Shown in pieces: positions 22,702-31,612 of a stretch of 64,000 nucleotides of DNA. Every line of letters starts with the position of its first letter. The first letter of the stretch is position 1. This stretch comes from Anaeromyxobacter sp. (GTDB taxonomy: Bacteria; Myxococcota; Myxococcia; Myxococcales; Anaeromyxobacteraceae). The DNA is taken from the NCBI GenBank assembly GCA_049840735.1, contig JASGJN010000017.1:32001-96000 (forward strand), read 5' to 3'. A program made the position numbers and the translations under genes. The notes beneath the pieces were generated by a model. That model was not told where the DNA came from. It saw only the letters and a program-made list of their open reading frames with translations, and searched no databases.

Positions 22702-23518
22702 AGGACTCGTACCTGACCGCCTTCGGGCTGCAGGAGCCGCCGTTCTCGAAGGAGATCGCCGATCAGGATCTTCTGGCTGCCGACGTCCAAGGCCGCCGTG
22801 GTGGAGGAGCTGGTGGACGCCGTCGAGGACCGGGCGTCGGTGCTCCTCACCGGCGAACCGGGCGTCGGCAAGACCTGCGTGCTTCGCGCCCTGCGGGCCA
22901 GGCTGCCGGCCGCCGGGTTCCGGCTCACCTACTGCCACAACGCGACCCTCGGCCGCCGCGACTTCTACCGCCAGCTCTGCCTGGCGCTGGGGCTGTCGCC
23001 CCACGCCACCGCGGCCGCCGTTTTCTACGCGGTCTCCACCAACGTGGAGGAGCTGGCCAAGGAGCGCGTCCATCCCGTCTTCCTCATCGACGAGGCCCAC
23101 CTGCTCCACGAGCAGATGCTGGGCCACCTCCACATCCTCCTCAACTACGAGTGGGATTCCCGGGCGCTGCTGTCGCTGATGCTGGTGGGACTGCCCGAAC
23201 TGAACGACCTGCTCCAGATGCGGCGCTACCGCTCGCTGTACTCCCGCCTGCACGTCCGGCTGCACGTGGACGCCCTCACGCCGGAGGACACCGCGGAGTA
23301 CCTCCGCTACCGGCTCAAGCGGGCTGGCGTGGACCGCGAGAATCTTCGCCGGTGACGCCGTCGCCCTGCTCCACGAGGCCGCCTCCGGCGGCATGCGGGA
23401 TCTCGACCGCCTCGCCACCGGCTGCCTCCGCGAGGCCGCCCGGCGGAAGCGGAAGTTGGTCGAGCGGGACATCCTGCCCCGGGTCTTGGACCGCGACCGC
23501 CTCGAGCGCGACACGTGA
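22698..23518 (+). CDS. ExeA/TnsC/IstB-like AAA+ ATPase (two apparent frameshifts at ~22771 and ~23341)
   Basis: FGL..PPF N-terminus, Walker A GEPGVGKT, Walker B IDEAH, SGGMRDLD; ATGA overlap with the transposase; both shifts are at GATC. Confidence 0.9.
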
Positions 23519-23904
23519 TCGTCTGCGGGCTGTGGGCGGCCCGCCGGCACCTCGTGGCCGTCCTGGTCGGCGACCGGGGCGAGCCCCGCCGCACGGTCCG
23601 CGCCGCGGGCACCGACGACGCCCGATTCGGCCTGCTGGAGTACCTCGCCCACGCCGGCGCCGAGCTGGTCGCCACCGCCGCGCTGGCCCAGGCCGATCCG
23701 CTCCTCGCCCAGGCCGCTCGCCGCGGCATCGCCGTCTGGATCTTGGACGACCAGCTCGCAGCAGCGCTCCTGGCCGCCGCCGGCATCCGCGACCCGGTCC
23801 GCGCTGCGGCCCTGCTGGCCCGCCTGCGGATCGTCCCGGCCTGGCGCGCACATCTGCGCCCTCTCACGCCGGCGATGCCGGCCCGGCAGCTTCCGCTCCT
23901 CTGA
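23515..23904 (+). CDS. transposon ORF4: putative inactive RuvC/IS110-like fold with C-terminal QLPLL
   Basis: GTGA overlap with the ATPase stop; lies inside the element ends; pattern resembles the IS110 N-terminal domain without acidic catalytic residues (by eye). Confidence 0.7.
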   Translation: MIVCGLWAARRHLVAVLVGDRGEPRRTVRAAGTDDARFGLLEYLAHAGAELVATAALAQADPLLAQAARRGIAVWILDDQLAAALLAAAGIRDPVRAAALLARLRIVPAWRAHLRPLTPAMPARQLPLL

Positions 23905-23983
23905 CGCGGTGTAGCCATCACCCTGCGTGCACGCGACCCTGCCAAGCCAGCGATGGCCCTCGGCTTAGCTGCGCGCGCCCCTG

Positions 23984-24037
23984 TCAGGCAGGTGGTGCCC
24001 ACCAACCATGCTGACGGGATTCCCACCAATCAGGCTG
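23984..24037 (+). repeat. right-end repeats, putative transposase-binding sites
   Basis: CCCACCAACCATGCTG (23998-24013), CCCACCAATCAGGCTG (24022-24037), partial TCAGGCAG (23984-23991). Confidence 0.7.
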
Positions 24038-24052
24038 CGCGGCAACACCAAT

Positions 24053-24687
24053 GCCCGACCTGCTACGAGATCCGCGCCGAGTGGGCCGGCTGGGTACTCG
24101 ACGACAAGTGGGGAGGCTCGCCAGAAGAGATCGAGGACTTCGTCGCGAAACATGCCAATCCAGCAGAGCGACGCCACCGCCTCCTGGCCGGCTTCGCGGA
24201 TTACGACCGAGCCGTCGTGCTGCAAATCAAGGACGATCCGGCCGCGCTCAAGGCCATCGAGCGTGCCTGCGCCGTGGGTGACGACTGGCGGTTCTTGAGA
24301 GAGCGAGCCGGCATCAAGCGGCGGCTCGGGGACAACGCAGGCAGGCTGACTGATCTGGATCGTGCGGTCGCTGCTCGTCCCGGAATCCCATCCACGCTTG
24401 CAGTCCGGGCCTGGGCGCTTGCCGATGCGAATCGATGGGAGGACGCTGGCCGAGACCTCCTCTTCGCGCTGCGATGTGAGCCGACCTCCAGGCGAGGCGC
24501 CGTGCTCTATCCTGGGATCGTTGCGAAGCTCAACGCACTCGGCTGGACTGCGCATCAGGAAGGCCGCTCGACCGAAGCGATCCGGATCTTTAGCCTTCTC
24601 CATCTGCTGGCCCCGCAGGACGAGCAGATAGCAAGCCGTGCGGCGGCCGTTCGCCTGTCGGGCGCTGGCGAAGCAGAGCGGAAGTGA
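24053..24687 (+). pseudogene. DUF4034-like/TPR protein, 3' part
   Basis: KWGGS.EE motif and TPR-like helices; in frame with the 5' part after removing the element and one TSD copy. Confidence 0.8.
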
Positions 24688-25073
24688 AGGCTCCGCTGTC
24701 CCGTCGGCCGGGTGACGGGCTCAAACCTGGGGTGTGCTCTGCTGGAGCATTGAGGGTGCAGCGGCGGCAGTGGTCCCCGACGTGCGGGCGAAGGGCCGCC
24801 GCAGAGATGCGGGCAGGAGCTGTGCCGGGGGGCAGGCGCGCGGTTGGTAGCCCCTCATTGGCGGGAAGATGTACCCGCCTAGACGAGCGCGTCGACACCG
24901 TTCTCGCTTCCGAGGATCCCCTCGTACTCAAGCATCACCTCGAGGGCGCCGGAGCTCGCGCAGTGCGCTGCGGAGTTCCGTGGCGCGTGTATGCGGTGGC
25001 TGCCTGAGCCGCTGACCAGGGCGCACAGTTTCTGCGCTACTCTGGGAGCGCAGACCTCACGAAGGAGTAATCC

Positions 25074-25412
25074 GTGCGCTTTGCTCAGCCCCAGCCCGTA
25101 TCGAAGGAGGCAGCCGAGGCGCGACTGTCGAGCGGCTCGACGGAATCGGTGGCGGAGACGCTGGTCGCGCTCGCCTTTCATGAACCTGATCGCGCCTGGG
25201 TTCAGGACAAGTGCTTGCGGTTCGCCAAGGATGAGGACTGGCGAATCCGTGCGGTGGCCGCAACGTGCCTAGGGCATCTTGCCCGGATCCACAGGGCCTT
25301 GGACCTTGCCGTCGTCTGGCCTGTGCTGCTGAAGCTGCAGGAGGATGCGGACGTGCGTCCCTATGCGAACGACGCGCTGGACGACGTCCGAATGTTCGTG
25401 GGGCAGCCGTAG
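25074..25412 (+). CDS. small HEAT-repeat protein, possible orphan immunity protein
   Basis: AAGGAG RBS; DWRIRAVAATCLGHLARIH and VRPYANDALDD. Confidence 0.7.
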   Translation: MRFAQPQPVSKEAAEARLSSGSTESVAETLVALAFHEPDRAWVQDKCLRFAKDEDWRIRAVAATCLGHLARIHRALDLAVVWPVLLKLQEDADVRPYANDALDDVRMFVGQP

Positions 25413-25602
25413 CCGCAACGGCTGCTCGGGGACCTGCGGACCCCCGCCCTATTGGGTAGCGCGTAAACGCAACACTGCGCACCCTAGGTGAACAGCAACA
25501 GGCCCCTCTACCGCGCAGCCTCTTCCATGCTTGGTTTGTAAGGGCCGGGGCCTATTCTGTTGAGTTGCATCGAGGCGCATCACCGCCCGAAACGGCCCAG
25601 AT

Positions 25603-26320
25603 TCGGACGTACCGGGTGGGCGAGGGGAAGGGCTGGATCCAAGGCCTGGATGTGGCTGGAAGCCGCCGGAGTCGCCCCGGTCTCTGCCTCGGCCAACCCC
25701 CATTCCGCCACCCAACCCCGCGCGGCCTGAGCCTGTCGAAGGCCGTGGTCCCGATCGCCGTTAAGCTCACGACGATGACCGCTCCTCAGGTCCGCTCCGT
25801 CCCCGCCCCGCTCGACGGCTTCGCCGCGAACGCGCTCTCGCGCCTCGACTTCTCCGACGCGTACGCCGTCGAGCTGCCGCCCGGGGTCGATGCTTCCGCG
25901 CTGGCCGCCGCCGTGTTCGCCTCAGCGCCGCCCTGGGTCGTCGCGCTCATGGCCGTCCGCCACATGGTGGTCGCGCCGCTCGGCCTCATCGCCACCCCGG
26001 GCGCGCTCCGGCGCGCCGCCGTTGCCCAGAACCTGGCTGGCGAGCTCGTCGGCGCCTTCCCCGTCCTGGCTCGCTCCACCGGCGAGGTCCTCCTCGGCCT
26101 CGACGACCGCCACCTCGATTTCCGCGTCTCGGTCCGCGTGGTCGCCCAGGCCGGCCAGCCGCCCCTGGGCGTCGTGGCCACCTACGTCCGGCTCAACCGC
26201 TGGCTGGGGAGCGCCTACTTCGCCGCGGTGAAGCCGTTCCACCGGGTCATCGTCCCAGCGATGCTCCGGCGCGCGGCGCGGCGGCTGGCCCTGACGAGGT
26301 GATATCGATCTCGGCGGGGT
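25603..26320 (+). repeat. copy 2 of the dif-anchored direct repeat
   Basis: Begins with TCGGACGT (XerC-arm remnant); colinear with 18724-19397. Confidence 0.88.
25775..26302 (+). CDS. DUF2867-like protein
   Basis: DFSDAY, EVLLGLDDRHLDFRVSV, YF..VKPFHRVIV. Confidence 0.85.
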   Translation: MTAPQVRSVPAPLDGFAANALSRLDFSDAYAVELPPGVDASALAAAVFASAPPWVVALMAVRHMVVAPLGLIATPGALRRAAVAQNLAGELVGAFPVLARSTGEVLLGLDDRHLDFRVSVRVVAQAGQPPLGVVATYVRLNRWLGSAYFAAVKPFHRVIVPAMLRRAARRLALTR

Positions 26321-26602
26321 GAGTCGCGCAGCCGGCAGGTTCGCACGCGTCACTGGTAGTCACGAAGAGCGAAACCCGTGCTGTGGCGAAGGTCACGTCG
26401 GAAGCTAGACGGCGCGTCATGCGCGGATTTCCCGGAGCTGACCTGCGCCGCGCAAGCACGCTTCGCGAGCGAGCACGTCGCGGGCCCTGCTCGGCGGGCT
26501 TCGCAGGGAGCGCCTGCTCCTGAAGGGCCTTGAGCCTTGCCCTGCCGGGGTCTTCGCACGCTACGTCGTGCGCCAGGTGCTCACCGGCCCAATACCTCGC
26601 CC

Positions 26603-28168
26603 ATGGAGGAGTCCCAGGCGCCACTCGCTGGCCCCGATCTCACGCAGGGTTGCGCCGAGTCCGACATCCCGGACGATGGCTCGCTGCTGGGGCATGCGCA
26701 TGGGGAGGCTGTCCTCCTCGTCCGGCATCGGGGCGAGGTGCATGCGGTCAGCACTACCTGCACTCACTACGGTGGGCCGCTCGCCGAAGGGCTCGTGACC
26801 GACGGGCAGGTGCGCTGCCCGTGGCATCACGCCTGCTTCGACCTGCGGACGGGAGAAGCCGTCGGGCCGCCAGCCCTGAACCCGCTGCGCCGCTGGGCGG
26901 TGGAGCGCCGCGAGGCGCGTTGCTTCGTCGGCCCCCCGCTCCCGCCGAGCCCCTCCAGGACTTCCTCCAGCGCGCTCGAGAGCGTCCTCATCGTGGGCGC
27001 AGGCGCGGCGGGTAACGCCGCGGCCGAGACGCTTCGGCGTGAGGGGTATCGCGGGCCGGTGACCCTGATCGGCGCCGAGCCGAACGTGCCGGTGGACCGG
27101 CCCAACCTCTCCAAGGACTACCTGGCCGGCACGGCGCCAGAGGAGTGGGTTCCGCTGCGAGGAGCCGAGTTCTACGCGTCGCTGCAGATCGAACTCCTGC
27201 AGGGCACCCGGGTAATCGGGCTCGATCCAGGTGGCCGGCGCGTCCGGTTCGCCGACGGTTCCAGTCGCAGCTATGGCGCGCTGCTCCTGGCCACCGGCGC
27301 GGAGCCGGTGAAGCTCACGGTGCCAGGCGGGGACGGGCCCCTCGTCCATACCCTGCGCTCGCTCGCCGACAGCCGGGCGATCATCGCCGCCGCCGCCGCG
27401 GGTGCCGGCCGCGCAGTGATCGTCGGCGCGAGCTTCATCGGCATGGAGGTAGCGGCAGCGCTTCGCACCCGGGGGCTGGAGGTGCACGTGGTTGCGCCGG
27501 AGGCGCAGCCGCTGGCGCGCGTCCTGGGGGCGGAGCTGGGCGATCTCGTCCGGACGATCCACGAGGCGCACGGCGTCCACTTTCACCTGGAGCGGACCGT
27601 CGCGATGGCCGGCGACCGCTCCGTGGTCCTGGACGACGGGACGGCGCTCCCCGCCAACATGGTGGTGGCCGGGATCGGCGTCCGGCCCGCGGTGGGCCTG
27701 GCCGAGCAGGCTGGGCTTCGCCTCGACCGCGGCGTCGTCGTCGACGCGTACCTCGAGACGAGCGCGCCGGGCGTGTACGCGGCCGGCGACATCGCGCGCT
27801 GGTCGGACCCGCTGACAGGCAGGACCCTCCGGATCGAGCACTGGGTCGTGGCGGAGCGGCAGGGTCAGGTGGCAGCGCGGAACATCCTGGGCGCGCACGA
27901 GCCGTTCCAGGCCGTGCCGTTCTTCTGGTCCCAGCACTACGACGTGCCCATCAACTACGTCGGACACGCCGAGACCTGGGACCGCGTGGATGTTGCGGGA
28001 AGCATCGCCGAGCTGAGCTGTCTGGTGGCTTACCGGGACGGTGGACGGATCTCCGCGGTGGCCAGCGTCCATCGCGACCGGGAGAGCCTGCAGGCGGAGG
28101 CGCTGCTCGCCCGTGCGGATCAGGCCGGGCTGGAGGCGCTGCTGGCCAGGGCACGCCAGCCTCAATGA
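26603..28168 (+). CDS. Rieske ferredoxin fused to FAD/NAD ferredoxin reductase (AIF-like)
   Basis: CTHYG..CPWH Rieske ligands, GAGAAG, RPNLSKDYL, PFFWS.HY. Confidence 0.92.
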   Translation: MEESQAPLAGPDLTQGCAESDIPDDGSLLGHAHGEAVLLVRHRGEVHAVSTTCTHYGGPLAEGLVTDGQVRCPWHHACFDLRTGEAVGPPALNPLRRWAVERREARCFVGPPLPPSPSRTSSSALESVLIVGAGAAGNAAAETLRREGYRGPVTLIGAEPNVPVDRPNLSKDYLAGTAPEEWVPLRGAEFYASLQIELLQGTRVIGLDPGGRRVRFADGSSRSYGALLLATGAEPVKLTVPGGDGPLVHTLRSLADSRAIIAAAAAGAGRAVIVGASFIGMEVAAALRTRGLEVHVVAPEAQPLARVLGAELGDLVRTIHEAHGVHFHLERTVAMAGDRSVVLDDGTALPANMVVAGIGVRPAVGLAEQAGLRLDRGVVVDAYLETSAPGVYAAGDIARWSDPLTGRTLRIEHWVVAERQGQVAARNILGAHEPFQAVPFFWSQHYDVPINYVGHAETWDRVDVAGSIAELSCLVAYRDGGRISAVASVHRDRESLQAEALLARADQAGLEALLARARQPQ

Positions 28169-28169
28169 G

Positions 28170-28562
28170 TCAGGAGTGGCTCGCGGCCGGCTGGTCCCGG
28201 AGGAGCTGCTGGAGGGTCCACCTGTTGCCATCGGGATCTGCGAGCTCGGCGTGGATCGCGCCCCAGGGCTGACGCTCCGGTTCGGTCACCTGGACGCTCC
28301 TCCTTCGCAGCGCCTCGCAGGCCGCCCTGACGTCCGGCACCACGAGCAACAGCGAGTGGAGCGACCCGGGGGCCATGTCGGTGATGCCCTTCCCGACGGC
28401 GATCGAGCAACCCGAGCCCGGCGGTGTCAGCTGCACGAACCTCCGGCCGTCCGGGATGGTTCGATTGATGTCGGCGTGGAAGCCGAGCTTCTCTGTGTAG
28501 AAGGCCTTGGCGCGGTCGACGTCCGCGACGGGAACGGGAACGAGCTCGAGCTTCATGTCCAT
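28170..28562 (-). CDS. VOC/glyoxalase family protein
   Basis: VPVADVDRAKAFY, QLTPPGS, DPDGNRW. Confidence 0.9.
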   Translation of the reverse strand: MDMKLELVPVPVADVDRAKAFYTEKLGFHADINRTIPDGRRFVQLTPPGSGCSIAVGKGITDMAPGSLHSLLLVVPDVRAACEALRRRSVQVTEPERQPWGAIHAELADPDGNRWTLQQLLRDQPAASHS

Positions 28563-28883
28563 AGGTGGCCCAAATCTACGCACCGGGCTGGCGCCCGGTC
28601 ACGACCAAGGCCCTGCCTCGCCGGCAGGCCTGCATGCTCTCCGCTGCTGGGCGGGATGGCGGCGCGGTGCGCGGCGACGGCCCCCTCCCCTTCGCCGATC
28701 GGCGCCGAAGCCAGCACCGCAGCAGCCGCGCGGCCGATCTTCCGCAGCTGATCATCCGGGCGCTCTCCTGCATGGCGGGTGAACCTCGGGGCTCGCGGTC
28801 GCCCCCGACGAGCATTGCGTGCCCGTCCTGCGGCTCGCTAATCGCCGGTGCGCAACACCTGATCACAAGCACGGAGGTACGCC

Positions 28884-29363
28884 ATGGCAGCCGCCAGGAT
28901 CCGGGAGATGTTCGAGAAGGGCACCCGCGCGTTCAACACGCACGACATCGAGGCGATGGGGGAGTTGCTGCACGACGACTGCGAGGTGAACTCGCCGGGC
29001 TTCGAGGTCCAGGGCCAGCAGGCGGTCAAGGCGTTCTACCGCGGCTGGATCGACGCCTTCCCCGACGCACGCGTCGAGGTCGATCGGGTGACGTGCACGG
29101 ACGACCAGGCGATCGAGGAAGGTGTGTTCACGGGTACCCACCGCGGCACGCTCCGCGGGCCAGGCGGGGACATCCCCGCCACCGGCCGCCGGGTGCGCGT
29201 CGCCTACATCCAGATCGCCCGCTACCGGGGCGAAAAGGTGGCCGCGTTCCACCTCATGTTCGATCGGCTCGAGATGCTGGAGCAGCTCGGACTGACTCGC
29301 TCGGAGTCGGAGGCGCCTCGGCAGGCGGCCGACACTGGCCAGGGCGCGGGGCTGGCACACTGA
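28884..29363 (+). CDS. SnoaL-like ester cyclase
   Basis: AFPD, FTGTHRG..IPATGRRV, D.LEMLEQLG. Confidence 0.9.
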   Translation: MAAARIREMFEKGTRAFNTHDIEAMGELLHDDCEVNSPGFEVQGQQAVKAFYRGWIDAFPDARVEVDRVTCTDDQAIEEGVFTGTHRGTLRGPGGDIPATGRRVRVAYIQIARYRGEKVAAFHLMFDRLEMLEQLGLTRSESEAPRQAADTGQGAGLAH

Positions 29364-29498
29364 CCACGGGACGTCAGCCGCTCCGGCGGCCATGTCGCCC
29401 GTCACCGGGCGAGAGATTAGGGTTCGGTCAGGACGTCATCCTGGTGGGCCGATAGCCTCACTGCCGTGACGCCGAGGTGCGCACGAGGGAGGTCGCCC

Positions 29499-30182
29499 AT
29501 GGACATGGAGCTTGGTCGGAGCGGTTGCCTGGAGGACGGGAAGGACACCGGCGGGTGGTCCGAGCACCCGCTGCGCGCGCGGTTCAACGCCTGGATCTTC
29601 CGCGCGCTGGACGGCTACGTCCACCGCAAGTACCGGGACATCAAGCGCGAGCTCTTCGGAGGTCTCCCGCACACGGTGCTCGAGCTCGGCGCCGGGGACG
29701 GCGCCAACTTCCGCTACCTCTCGCCCGGGACGCACGTCATCGCCGTGGAGCCGAACCTGCACATGCACGCCAGCCTGCGCGCGGCGGCGGCGCGGAGCGG
29801 GGTCAGCGCGGACGTTCGCGCGGCGTTCGCCGAGCGGCTGCCGCTCCCGGACGCCAGCGTGGACGCGGTGATCTCGAGCCTGGTCCTCTGCTCGGTGACC
29901 GACCCGGGCCGCGCCCTGGCCGAGGTCCGGCGCGTCCTCCGCCCCGGCGGCCGGCTCTGGTGCATCGAGCACGTCGCGGCGCCGGCGAACACCTGGACGG
30001 CGCGCGCCCAGCGGCTCCTGAAGCGCCCCTGGGGCTGGTGCTTCGAAGGCTGCGACACCGGGCGCGACCTGGTCCGCTTCCTCCGGGAGGCCGGCTTCGC
30101 CTCGGTCGAGATCACGCCCTTCACGCTCCGCACCGTCTTCCTGCCCATCCGCTCGCAGATCGCCGCGGTCGCGGTCAGGTGA
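29499..30182 (+). CDS. class I SAM-dependent methyltransferase
   Basis: VLELGAGDGAN, LVLCSV, LRPGG..IEHV. Confidence 0.9.
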   Translation: MDMELGRSGCLEDGKDTGGWSEHPLRARFNAWIFRALDGYVHRKYRDIKRELFGGLPHTVLELGAGDGANFRYLSPGTHVIAVEPNLHMHASLRAAAARSGVSADVRAAFAERLPLPDASVDAVISSLVLCSVTDPGRALAEVRRVLRPGGRLWCIEHVAAPANTWTARAQRLLKRPWGWCFEGCDTGRDLVRFLREAGFASVEITPFTLRTVFLPIRSQIAAVAVR

Positions 30183-31365
30183 GCGACGCCCCTGGCTGCG
30201 CGACCGCTCGCTCCAGGAGCTGCAGGAGCTCCCGCTCCAGCGTCGGGCGCCCGCCGAACAGGAAGGCGTGGTCGTCCCCCGGGAGCTCCACCAGGCGGGC
30301 CTCCGGGATGGCCGTGGCGAGCCCGCGCCCGTTCCCCACGCGGACCACGTGGTCCTCGGTCGCGTGCAGCACGACCGTCGGTGCAGACACGCGCGGCAGC
30401 AGCGCTCGCACGTCCAGGCCGACGTTCATCTCCAGCAGCTCGAGCGCGGCGCCGGGGCTCGCGCCCGCCTGCTCGGCCCGGGCCGTCCAGGCGCGGAGCG
30501 CGGGGGTGAGGTGGCGGGCCGGGATGACGGCGCGCAGGGTAGCGCCGGTGCCCCAGCCCCGCGCGATGTAGGCGCGCAGCCCGGCGAGCTCCGCCTCGCT
30601 CCAGCCGGCCGGGTGATCCGGCGCGGCCACCATCCGCGCGAAGGCGCCCACCAGGGCCAGGCCTCGCACCCGGTGCGGTCTCGTCACGGCGAAGGTGAGC
30701 GCCAGCGGGCCGCCCTCGGAGAAGCCGACCAGCACCGCCCGCGGCGCCCGCGCAGCGTCGAGGACGACCTCCAGGTCCGCCACCCGCTCGCCGAGCCCAG
30801 GCAGCGCCTTGACGCGGTCGCTCGCCCCCGTGCCGCGCTTGTCGAACAGGATCACCCGGGCGCGCCGCGACAGCGCGCGGACCACGGCCGCGACCCCCGG
30901 CAGCTCGAGCGCCGCGTGCATCCCGAGCGACCAGCCCAGCACCAGGGCCACGTTGAGCGGGCCCTGCCCGACGATCCGGTAGGCCACGTGCACGTCACCG
31001 CAGCGGACGTAGCTGGGCGGCGCGGCCAGCGCTCCCCCGGCCGGCTCCGGCTCCTCCTCGGCGAGCTCGCCCACGAACCGGTAGCCCCGGCGGGCATGGG
31101 TGCGCAGCAGCCCGCGGTCGGCCGGGCGGAGCGCCCGCCGCGCCAGGCTCACCGCGCGCTGCAGCGAGGCGTCGGTCACGACCGCGTCCGGCCAGAGCTC
31201 GCGCAGGAGCTCCTCCTTCGGGACGACGCGCTCGTGGTGGCGGAGCAGATAGGCCAGCACCGCCAGCACCTGGGGCTGGAGCGGCCGCGCCTTCCCGGCC
31301 ACGCGCAGCTCGCGGCGGGCCAGGTCCAGCTCGTACGCTCCGAAGCGCCAGGGCATGGTGGCCAT
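30175..31365 (-). CDS. winged-helix regulator fused to an alpha/beta hydrolase
   Basis: OmpR-type wHTH (LQPQVLAVL..RRGYRF), then FDKRGTGASD and GFSEGG. Confidence 0.88.
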   Translation of the reverse strand: MATMPWRFGAYELDLARRELRVAGKARPLQPQVLAVLAYLLRHHERVVPKEELLRELWPDAVVTDASLQRAVSLARRALRPADRGLLRTHARRGYRFVGELAEEEPEPAGGALAAPPSYVRCGDVHVAYRIVGQGPLNVALVLGWSLGMHAALELPGVAAVVRALSRRARVILFDKRGTGASDRVKALPGLGERVADLEVVLDAARAPRAVLVGFSEGGPLALTFAVTRPHRVRGLALVGAFARMVAAPDHPAGWSEAELAGLRAYIARGWGTGATLRAVIPARHLTPALRAWTARAEQAGASPGAALELLEMNVGLDVRALLPRVSAPTVVLHATEDHVVRVGNGRGLATAIPEARLVELPGDDHAFLFGGRPTLERELLQLLERAVAQPGASLT

Positions 31366-31612
31366 CTAGCGCCGACGCCTCACGGGCGCCGCCGGCAGGC
31401 GAGGCACCACCCGGGGCAGCTGCCTGGAGACTGGACCGCCTAGCGCACCGGCCCGAGCGCCTTCACCGCAATCGCGTGCATACCGGGAACGGTCCCTCCC
31501 CGGTACGGCCACCCCCTCGCCCACTCACCGTGCTAAGCGTCTTGCAGTCCAGGCGTGGGCTTCGCGCCCTGCTGTCCTTCCTCGCCAGGGCCGATCACCG
31601 GGGGATTCCACC

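Larger units (their letters stand above)
20361..24047 (+). mobile_element. 3687-bp four-gene DDE/AAA+ transposon (Mu/Tn7/IS21-related)
   Basis: CCAAT duplicated at 20356-20360 and 24048-24052; ends TGTTAGCGCGCGAGCCTG and (revcomp) TGTTGCCGCGC-AGCCTG; removal restores the host reading frame. Confidence 0.93.

Noticed and set aside
22741..23360. Programmed frameshifting or pseudogenisation of the ATPase
   Set aside because: No slippery sequence; both indels match the window-wide GATC error pattern
23926..24037. Short repeats as a mini-CRISPR array
   Set aside because: Imperfect, 22-24 bp pitch, at the transposon end, no cas genes; better explained as transposase-binding sites
24690..25060. 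Short ORFs between the TPR fragment and the HEAT gene
   Set aside because: No RBS or recognisable motif; possibly gene remnants but unsupported
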